From Polyangiaceae bacterium (GTDB taxonomy: Bacteria; Myxococcota_A; Polyangia; Polyangiales; Polyangiaceae), in NCBI GenBank assembly GCA_965222375.1, contig CBDCTZ010000008.1, positions 32,001-96,000 on the forward strand: 64,000 bases of DNA. Reading direction: 5' to 3'. Below the pieces are notes generated by a model. That model worked only from the letters and a program-made list of their open reading frames with translations. It was not told the origin of the DNA and did not search any database. Shown piece after piece: positions 56,975 through 64,000 of the stretch; the stretch's first letter is position 1; each line of letters begins with the position of its first letter. Both the position numbers and the translations under genes were made by a program.

Positions 56975-57703
56975 ATGGCTGCCCGCAAGACCAACAAGAA
57001 GACTCCCCGGCGCTCGACCGCGAAGCGCGCAAAATCGCCAGCCAAAGGCAAACGCAAAGCACCCGCCCGAGCGAGGTCAAAGGCGTCTGCGAAAAAGGAA
57101 AAGCCAAGGCCGAAGCCAAAGGCAAAGCCCCGACGCAATGCTAAGCGGCGCGGTGCTCTGTCAGCCCTGGCCCTGGAGCTCGACGGCATGAAGCACGTGC
57201 GGAGTTTGATCCGCGACATACCCAACTTCCCTCAGCCCGGGATCGTGTTCAAAGACATCACTCCGCTGCTGGCCGACCCCCGAGGCTTTCACATCGTGCT
57301 CGATGCCATTGCACACCGTTTCGTAGGCGAACACATCGACGCCGTCGTAGGCATCGAATCCCGCGGCTTCATCTTCGGTGGCGCCTTGGCCGCCCGCCTC
57401 AACGCGAGCTTCGTTCCGGTCCGCAAACCCGGCAAGCTGCCGTATCGGACCGAGAAGGTGAGCTACTCTTTGGAGTATGGGGAAAGCGAACTGGAGATGC
57501 ATCGGGACTCCCTGCCCGAAGGCGCGCGCGTGCTGATCGTGGATGACTTGCTTGCCACCGGCGGTACCGCGGCTGCAGCAGCGGAGTTGGTCGATCGGCA
57601 GGGCGCGAGCGTGGCAGCTTTTGCCTTCGTCGTGGAATTGGGCGACCTGGACGGCCGCAGCCGCTTAGAGCACGCTCCAATCATCTCGGTCCTGAACTAC
57701 TGA
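56975..57703 (+). CDS. apt: Adenine phosphoribosyltransferase with basic N-terminal extension
   Basis: IRDIPNFP.PGIVFKDITPLL, GIESRGF, RKPGKLP, YSLEYG, VDDLLATGGT. Confidence 0.94.
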   Translation: MAARKTNKKTPRRSTAKRAKSPAKGKRKAPARARSKASAKKEKPRPKPKAKPRRNAKRRGALSALALELDGMKHVRSLIRDIPNFPQPGIVFKDITPLLADPRGFHIVLDAIAHRFVGEHIDAVVGIESRGFIFGGALAARLNASFVPVRKPGKLPYRTEKVSYSLEYGESELEMHRDSLPEGARVLIVDDLLATGGTAAAAAELVDRQGASVAAFAFVVELGDLDGRSRLEHAPIISVLNY

Positions 57704-57725
57704 CAGGCTTGCGGGGGAGGGCGGC

Positions 57726-58976
57726 TTGCAGGCTGACTCGGAGTTGCTCAGGGAGATCGAAACCTTCGTCGCGGAAGAAGTGGCGCGGTTCGGTGTTGCA
57801 GGACAGGTCCGCATCGCAGGCAATTACATCTTGCTCGAGGGCCATGGCCCCGCGACCAGCGCAGATCTGGGCGCCCTGGTCGAACAATGGGATGGGCTTC
57901 CCCACGACGTTCGCGCACGGCGCGCCACGGGTCTGGCTCGGCGCCTGGTGGAAAGCCGTCGGGCCTCCCTGGCGCCTCAGGGCCGGCCCAAGCGAAGCTT
58001 TTCGCTACCGCGGTTCATCGCGCCTGCGATCATTCTCTGCGCAGGCGCCGTCGGGATTTGGCTGGCCTACGACTATTTGACCCCTTCGGGGCCCAAGACG
58101 CCGGGAACCAGAGCCGGAACGACTTCAACAGGTGCTGCGCCGAGCGACAGTGCAGTGGGCGCCGACGAGTACGAGAAACAGCGCGCCGAGCGAGCGGCCC
58201 GGGTGTGCCACGCGACGCGTGCTCGGGTGCAACGAGGCTCGACAGTGGGCCCCACGGACGTGGAAGGCTGGGTGGTCGAGCTCACCTTGTTGCGCTCCGG
58301 AGGCAACACCGCCCTCACTTTCGATCCCACACTGACCAGTTTCTTGCAGCGACGCGCAGGAAGTCTTCAGGGCAAGTTCATCTGGGCCGGAGCGGAATCC
58401 CTTCGCGGTCGAGAAGGCCCCTCCACCCGAGTGGAGGTCGAAGACGCCAGTGTTCCAAATCCCGAAAAGCCCGAGTTGTATGGCGTCACCCTGCGTTTCA
58501 CAGGCCGCTACGTGATCAGCTATTTCACCGAGGCCGAACGGGTCGATTACCACAAGACCGCTCACACCCTCGCCAAACGCCTGGGCGCGGACAGCGCGGC
58601 GCTATTCGCGCGCTGCGCTGACAGCAGCACCCACCAGATCGGCTCCTGGTTTTGGGGCAAGGGCCCCGGCGGCGCGGCGGCTTCGCTGATCTACTTCATG
58701 GGCGCGCATGCAGATCCGCCCCAGATCGAGGCGAAAACCCTTTTCCCCAAGGGAGAAAGCGACGTTGCGCAGAGCGGCGCGCTGCTGCGCATAGGCACCG
58801 AGGCCGCAGAGCTGAAGCGCACTCGCGTGCTCCGACTGCTCGGCAACAGCGGTGGCATGATTGCCGGGCGCAAGGATGCACCCAACGTGATCACCTTCCC
58901 CTTCAAAGACTCGAATCGCGCGTCCCGAGCCAGCCTCGACTTGGCTCGGGAAGTCGATCTGGCCGTTACGAACTGA
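57726..58976 (+). CDS. Hypothetical single-pass membrane protein
   Basis: GGAGG RBS before TTG; one TM (FIAPAIILCAGAVGIWLAY); coding-like bias. Confidence 0.7.
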   Translation: MQADSELLREIETFVAEEVARFGVAGQVRIAGNYILLEGHGPATSADLGALVEQWDGLPHDVRARRATGLARRLVESRRASLAPQGRPKRSFSLPRFIAPAIILCAGAVGIWLAYDYLTPSGPKTPGTRAGTTSTGAAPSDSAVGADEYEKQRAERAARVCHATRARVQRGSTVGPTDVEGWVVELTLLRSGGNTALTFDPTLTSFLQRRAGSLQGKFIWAGAESLRGREGPSTRVEVEDASVPNPEKPELYGVTLRFTGRYVISYFTEAERVDYHKTAHTLAKRLGADSAALFARCADSSTHQIGSWFWGKGPGGAAASLIYFMGAHADPPQIEAKTLFPKGESDVAQSGALLRIGTEAAELKRTRVLRLLGNSGGMIAGRKDAPNVITFPFKDSNRASRASLDLAREVDLAVTN

Positions 58977-59280
58977 GGATCTGCTCCAGCTCGCCGCTCT
59001 CGTACAGGTCGCTGACGATGTCGCAGCCACCCACGAACTTTCCGTTGGCGTAGAGCTGAGGGATGGTCGGCCAATTGGCGTAGGCCTTGATGCCCTGCCG
59101 AATATCCGGGTCCGTGAGCACGTTCACGTCTTTGAACTCGACGTTCATCTGCTTGAGGATCCCAACGACCTGAGCGGAAAACCCGCACTGTGGGAACAAC
59201 TTGCTGCCCTTCATGAAGAGCACGACTCGGTTGTCCTTCACGGTGTTTTCGATTTGCTGCTTGACTGCTTCGTCCATCAT
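58966..59280 (-). CDS. grxD: Monothiol glutaredoxin (Grx4)
   Basis: VVLFMKG...PQCGFS, WPTIPQLY, GGCDI. Confidence 0.96.
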   Translation of the reverse strand: MMDEAVKQQIENTVKDNRVVLFMKGSKLFPQCGFSAQVVGILKQMNVEFKDVNVLTDPDIRQGIKAYANWPTIPQLYANGKFVGGCDIVSDLYESGELEQILSS

Positions 59281-59534
59281 CCGCCTCCGCTGCGTCGTTG
59301 CCACGACTCTGGGGTATAGGTTTTCAGCGCCAATGCGTGGATGGGGCCAGACATGGCGTCGCCCAGGGCGCCGTAGACCATCTGGTGCTGCTCCACCGGC
59401 GTCTTGCCCGCGAAGGCCGTTGAAACGACTCGTGCTTGGTAATGATCCTGGGTGCCTGTCAGGTCCTTCACCTCGACGTCAGCGTCGGGAAAGGCCTCCA
59501 GCAACAGACGTTTCACTTCTTCCGGGGCCAGCAT
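59277..59534 (-). CDS. bolA: BolA-family protein
   Basis: DLTGTQDHY, VVS.AF.G, QHQMVY.AL, IHAL.L.T; coupled to grxD. Confidence 0.94.
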   Translation of the reverse strand: MLAPEEVKRLLLEAFPDADVEVKDLTGTQDHYQARVVSTAFAGKTPVEQHQMVYGALGDAMSGPIHALALKTYTPESWQRRSGGG

Positions 59535-59655
59535 GGCGCTGGAAATTTGCCGTTACGTCAGGTTTTGTCAACTCCCCCATCCAAGCCTGACGTTCCTTGG
59601 GGGCCACGACGGGCCCAGCGCACCCCCATTTGCGGGGCGCGCCGGGGCGGCTGCG

Positions 59656-61695
59656 TCAATCTTTGACGGGCGGCGCAGACTTGAGCTTGATGCCTCGAAC
59701 CGCATCCCGGAAGCGCACTTCCTGTTCGTCGATGGTCATTTTGGTCTCGATCAGGGTCTTGGTGATCTGATTCAGGCGAGTCGAGAAGCTGGCCAGCCGT
59801 TTGGTGAGTTTCGCGCGCAAATCCGCAGCCTGATTGTTCTTCTCGATCGCGCGCAAGGAGAGCCGAGTTTCTCGCGTCGCCTTCTCTATCTCGGCTTGCT
59901 CATTGACGAGCTTTTTGCGGGCGTCCACGGCCTTGCGCCAGGTCTGTCGGAGCTTCCACACATCGCGAAGTTTCTGCTGGATGCCTTTGTCGCCCCGGGG
60001 ATCGGCCAAGTAGGCCTTCACCGCATCGTCCGCCAAGTTGCTGAGCCAGCTTGCGCCTTGTTTGGCAGCGCGGCGTTCGTCCACGGTCAGCTCTGCCTTG
60101 CCGTAGGGTTTGACCGTGATGGGCACCAGGGCGTTGCCGCGCCCGGTGTTGTCTTCGGTGCCTGCGGGTGGACGGTACAGGCGGGTGCCGGCACTGCGGG
60201 GATGCTTGACCAGGAGCTTCGCGGGCTGGTCGCCACCGTTTTTGATCGTGTAGATCGTGCGCTGCACGCTGTCGCGCTCGATGGTGAGCTGGCCCGCCTC
60301 GATGCGGTACAGGCGGGACCCTTGTTGGTCGTACTTGCGATTCGTCTTGACCGCCAAAGAGCGTTCCAGGGCGAAGGGGACGGTGGCGGTTCCGTTCGCC
60401 GGCAGGGGCTCCACCAAGCCTTGCCCCAGAAACGAGCCCTTTTCGAACACGGCGATGGGCCCCCGCTCCAACAGGCCCTTGGTGGCGTTCTTGAATCGCG
60501 CCACGCGGAAGGGATGGGTGCTCGAACCCGGTACGCCGCCATCGGGCGAAAACAGGAATACGGCCTCGCCCGGAACGCGTTTCGACAGCAGGAGCACCAT
60601 CGTGGCACTTTCGTCAGGCACGGTCACGGGTGTCGGAATGGCGTAGCGCGTTGCCCCAGACTCCACAGCCACCGCAGCGAGCGCGCTGACGTTGCGGGGC
60701 CCGGAAAGACCCTCGCGCTTTGCTTGCTCGAGGGCCCGACGCACGCGCTCACGGTTGGACATCGGGCGATTGTCAGCCGTCGGCTCCGCGGCCGAAGGCG
60801 GTGGCGCACCCGGGCCCCGTCCATAGCCGCCCCCACCAGCTGTTTTGGTTGCGACTTTGTAGCGCTTCTTCAGGTCGGCCTTGTCCTTCGACTTGCCACC
60901 TTTGCGGCGCGGCCTTCGCGTCGTGCCGTCCGCGGGCATGTCGGCGTCCTCGTCCCCTGCCTCGGATTCAGCGGCCTTCTCCTCGTCGGGGCCCACGCGG
61001 TCGACCTCGCCCTCGGGACGGCTCGCCAAGGAGGTCACGCCCTCCGGCATGGCTGCGATCACTTCGCCAGTGTCCGTGACGATGGGTCGGTCTGGGATGA
61101 CAGGCTCTCCAAGGGTCGACTGAAACGCCAGGGGTGCGCCCGCCACCAGCACTAGAGAAATCCCGTTCCAGTCTTCTCCGGACAGGTTCTGCACAATCCC
61201 CCAAGCCTGCAGATCCGCTTTGCCATCCGCCTGGACCACCAGGCGATAGGAAGGCCTCCAAACGGGCGTCTCGGAAATGTAGCCGATGGCCAGGTCGTGC
61301 TCTTTGCCATCGAGATCCAACCGCACCTCTCGGAGTCGATTGGGGTCGTCTTCCTCGGGTTTGGGCGCCGGCCAGGGCTTGAGCATGCTGGCAAAGCGTG
61401 GGTCCATCTCCGGCGTGGGATCGTCTTTCTCGATCTCCAACGGAAACGACGCGCTGCGGACCGAGCTGCCACCGCGTTCAACGATGGCCAAAGTCGCCAA
61501 GAAGTCGCCCACCATGCGCTGTCGCATCTTGAAGGTCACCACATCAGCGTCCACGTGGCCGGATCGCTCGAAGTAGCCGACACCATTGCGGTAGACGACG
61601 ACGCGCTTCAGCGGCAGTTGATCCGTCGATACGTTGGGGCCACGCGCACAACCGACGGCCAAAAGTCCAAAAGCGACCATCCCGGGCAGTTTCAT
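59656..61695 (-). CDS. DUF4139/DUF4140-like lipoprotein with C-terminal coiled coil
   Basis: Lipobox AVGC; VVVYRNGVGYFER, WRPSYRL, VQNLSGEDW..ISL.L. Confidence 0.75.
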   Translation of the reverse strand: MKLPGMVAFGLLAVGCARGPNVSTDQLPLKRVVVYRNGVGYFERSGHVDADVVTFKMRQRMVGDFLATLAIVERGGSSVRSASFPLEIEKDDPTPEMDPRFASMLKPWPAPKPEEDDPNRLREVRLDLDGKEHDLAIGYISETPVWRPSYRLVVQADGKADLQAWGIVQNLSGEDWNGISLVLVAGAPLAFQSTLGEPVIPDRPIVTDTGEVIAAMPEGVTSLASRPEGEVDRVGPDEEKAAESEAGDEDADMPADGTTRRPRRKGGKSKDKADLKKRYKVATKTAGGGGYGRGPGAPPPSAAEPTADNRPMSNRERVRRALEQAKREGLSGPRNVSALAAVAVESGATRYAIPTPVTVPDESATMVLLLSKRVPGEAVFLFSPDGGVPGSSTHPFRVARFKNATKGLLERGPIAVFEKGSFLGQGLVEPLPANGTATVPFALERSLAVKTNRKYDQQGSRLYRIEAGQLTIERDSVQRTIYTIKNGGDQPAKLLVKHPRSAGTRLYRPPAGTEDNTGRGNALVPITVKPYGKAELTVDERRAAKQGASWLSNLADDAVKAYLADPRGDKGIQQKLRDVWKLRQTWRKAVDARKKLVNEQAEIEKATRETRLSLRAIEKNNQAADLRAKLTKRLASFSTRLNQITKTLIETKMTIDEQEVRFRDAVRGIKLKSAPPVKD

Positions 61696-61837
61696 GACGC
61701 ACTCCTTGTCTGCATGAACCGGTAAGCTTTTTTCACGCCGGCGGGAGCATGGCAGCTTTGGGAGTCTAGGAACAGCCCGGGCGGCGGCGAAATATGCTGG
61801 ATTTCATAGGCGCAATTGCGAGAGGCTAGCCAAAGAC

Positions 61838-62866
61838 GTGACTGCCCAAGCCCCACCTCCCAAGCCTCCGCCTCCGCCGCCCCGCAGGCCACCGCCGAAA
61901 CCAGCGATCAGCGATCAGGACAAAGAGGCCATCGCCTTCAAGGCCCTCGGCTTGCTCAACGAACAAGTCCAAGCGCGAATCGTGCACTACAAGGGTGATC
62001 TCGAGACCAGCCCGGAGCTCGACGCGATCACGGCCCAGGTGGTGTCGCAGATCAAAGCCATGCAGACGGCGATGGGCACCGAGGACGCGGGCCAGGAGCC
62101 GCCCGAAAAGATCGAAGAGAAGCAGACAGCGCTGCTCGCCAAATTGCTCACTCGAGTCTTCGACGAAGAGGGCCAGAGCGCCTTCGCGTCTCAGAACCTA
62201 AAGACCATCGGACGCCGCATCGCGAAGCTGTTCTTCGAGAGCGAGCTGCACGAGAAGACCAAGGGCGACAAGGACAAGGTCATTCATCACGCCGAGCAAG
62301 GCGTGTACTACGTGCTGACGCGCTACAAAAACCGGCTGCGCGCCGAACTCGAGGGCTTCGAATACGTGGACGCGGGCGTCAAAGCCCAATCCTCGGAGAT
62401 GCTCTCGAAAATCGAGCGCGACCTGCAGGTGGGGTTCCTTTCCAAGCGCTCGCCGGAGCTGAACCACGTCATGACGCTGTACTCGGCGGTCTTGGTCGAT
62501 TTGCTTCACAAGCACCTGCCGCCGCGAGTCGCCCAAATGGCCAAAGTGACGATTCGCGCGGCAGCGACCGCTCATCAACCGGGCGCCGTCTCGTACAAGG
62601 TCCTGGCAGACCACTTTCCTGCTTTTCGGCGCGAGTGGGAGCGGCTCTTGATGCAGCAAATGGTCCACTACTGCGGGGACCAATTGATGGCCAAGCTCAA
62701 CCAGAGCGATCAAACCTTTCACGAGGAAACCGTGCGTTTCTTCACGGATCCGCACATCTTCAGCGAGACATGTGAAGTTCTGTGCGACGCCCTCTACGAC
62801 TTCCTCTGCCTAGAAGGCTTCCTGGACCTGCCCGTCAACTGGCGCGTCAAGTTGGCGAAGAGCTGA
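61838..62866 (+). CDS. Hypothetical helical protein
   Basis: Long ORF with strong coding-like codon bias; Pro-rich N-terminus. Confidence 0.75.
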   Translation: MTAQAPPPKPPPPPPRRPPPKPAISDQDKEAIAFKALGLLNEQVQARIVHYKGDLETSPELDAITAQVVSQIKAMQTAMGTEDAGQEPPEKIEEKQTALLAKLLTRVFDEEGQSAFASQNLKTIGRRIAKLFFESELHEKTKGDKDKVIHHAEQGVYYVLTRYKNRLRAELEGFEYVDAGVKAQSSEMLSKIERDLQVGFLSKRSPELNHVMTLYSAVLVDLLHKHLPPRVAQMAKVTIRAAATAHQPGAVSYKVLADHFPAFRREWERLLMQQMVHYCGDQLMAKLNQSDQTFHEETVRFFTDPHIFSETCEVLCDALYDFLCLEGFLDLPVNWRVKLAKS

Positions 62867-62876
62867 GGAGAGAATT

Positions 62877-63398
62877 CTGGAGCTCGCTGGTCTGCTGAAC
62901 CGTCGAACCTTTGGCGTCCTCGGCATTGCGCTGGGGCTCGGCCTGGTTGGCTATGCGGTGTTCGGTGGCCCTTCCGACGAAGAACTGATCCGGGAGCAAC
63001 TGCATCGCTTTGCCCATGTGGTCGGCGTTGAAGGCGATGAAAACGCCGTCTTTCGATTGGGGCGATTGAAGAAGGAATTCCAGACTCTGGTGACGACCAA
63101 CGTCCGGGTTCGCGTTCGGGAGCTGACCAGCCTGCGCAGCGGCAGAAAACCCTTGGCCGCCATCGCCGCCCGGGCCGGGACCTACTTCGCTTCCGCGGAA
63201 ATCAGCCTGTCGGATCTCGAGCTCGAGATGAACGAAGATAAGACCTCTGCCGAAGTGCGGTGCCTCGCCACGCTCACTGCACAGCAAGGGGGTCGCCCGC
63301 GGCGGGACGAACGGCACGTAGATTTCACGCTGGCGAAAGTCGATGGCGATTGGCTCATCGACTCGATCATCGTCAGCGACGTCGGCGAAGACCCATAG
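62877..63398 (+). CDS. Hypothetical membrane-anchored NTF2-like protein (probable CTG start)
   Basis: Frame open upstream of 62958 encoding a TM; GAGGAG 6 nt before CTG 62877; C-terminal L.K.DGDW.I. Confidence 0.6.
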   Translation: MELAGLLNRRTFGVLGIALGLGLVGYAVFGGPSDEELIREQLHRFAHVVGVEGDENAVFRLGRLKKEFQTLVTTNVRVRVRELTSLRSGRKPLAAIAARAGTYFASAEISLSDLELEMNEDKTSAEVRCLATLTAQQGGRPRRDERHVDFTLAKVDGDWLIDSIIVSDVGEDP

Positions 63399-63488
63399 CC
63401 CAAGACCTGGCGTGTTTGTTTGGGGGTCGAGTCCCAGGCGCACGACGGTGCCCTAATCTCGAACTTCCGCCTGCGGGCGCACCCGAAT

Positions 63489-63962
63489 TCATGGATGAAT
63501 GGTGTGTACCAAGTCGAGGGCTTGCCGCATGCGCCAGATCAAATCACTTTCGCCTTGCGTGACCCGGGCAGCGCCAGGGAAAGGACCTCCGGATGCAGCG
63601 GCGACGCTGCGGGCGAACTTGACTAGGAGTTCGCAGAAATACGTCGCTTCACCCTCGCCCACGCGTTGACGGAGCAGCTCGCGCACTTCAAATAGGTGCT
63701 CGCAGAGCGCATCCTCGCTCATGTTGGTGGCCCCGTGGGCCTGGGCCGCCGTGGGCCGATTAGCGTCTTCAAAAACGTGCCGCATCCACGAGCCCTCGGC
63801 GCACTTCTCAGCACTCTGCTCGAGTTCCTTACCGAACGCGACCTCTTCCTCGTCGAAGGAATCGACGGTGCAGTCCACGCTCAGCATCGCGAGGTAAATC
63901 TCCAGGGGCAGCTCGGTCAGCAGGTTCCACTCTTCGTTGTTGAAACCGAAGCGTACGCTCAC
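63489..63962 (-). CDS. Hypothetical protein (possibly TerB-like helical)
   Basis: F..EEW..L..LP start and VAAASGG...VTQGE...I..M..AL end. Confidence 0.6.
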   Translation of the reverse strand: MSVRFGFNNEEWNLLTELPLEIYLAMLSVDCTVDSFDEEEVAFGKELEQSAEKCAEGSWMRHVFEDANRPTAAQAHGATNMSEDALCEHLFEVRELLRQRVGEGEATYFCELLVKFARSVAAASGGPFPGAARVTQGESDLIWRMRQALDLVHTIHP

Positions 63963-64000
63963 GCCACTATGATTGGTCGCGCCCGCGTCTGCGTCGATGG

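Noticed and set aside
59452..61155. 567-aa + strand ORF (likewise 18676-20016, 9544-10593, 7335-8489, 1433-2605, 1981-3096)
   Set aside because: Antisense shadow ORFs of well-supported genes, expected in high-GC DNA with strong codon bias

Overview
High-GC bacterial chromosomal window. Gene content (Cys/Gly-rich lipoproteins, STAND-TPR ATPase, FGE-family lipoprotein, sigma54 regulator) suggests a Polyangiales-like myxobacterium; this is inference. It is mostly housekeeping: tkt, nagZ, glmM-yajQ-folC-accD, dut, bamD, greA, yfgM/bamB-like, tRNA-Gln/tRNA-Glu, an Ugp-like ABC transporter, lon, hisB/H/A, pgsA, epmA, surE, apt and bolA-grxD. The most striking non-coding region is 27.4-30.9 kb. It holds a near-canonical XerCD dif site (27712-27739) whose XerD arm is duplicated in inverted orientation, forming a 25-bp hairpin like the attP of CTXphi-type Xer-exploiting elements. 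A degenerate ~120-bp tandem repeat array, an orphan lipoprotein and an IS1182-like element with CTAG flanks follow; local G/C skew flips across dif, suggesting the replication terminus. Notable protein-level oddities are a Lon with an intact AAA+ module but no catalytic serine, coupled to a membrane HExxH peptidase; an EpmA retaining a LysRS-like OB domain; an orphan FliQ/SctS gene; an Apt with a histone-like basic extension; and an ATPase-nuclease gene with tandem palindromic operators abutting its start codon. All calls come from reading motifs by eye; no database searches were run.
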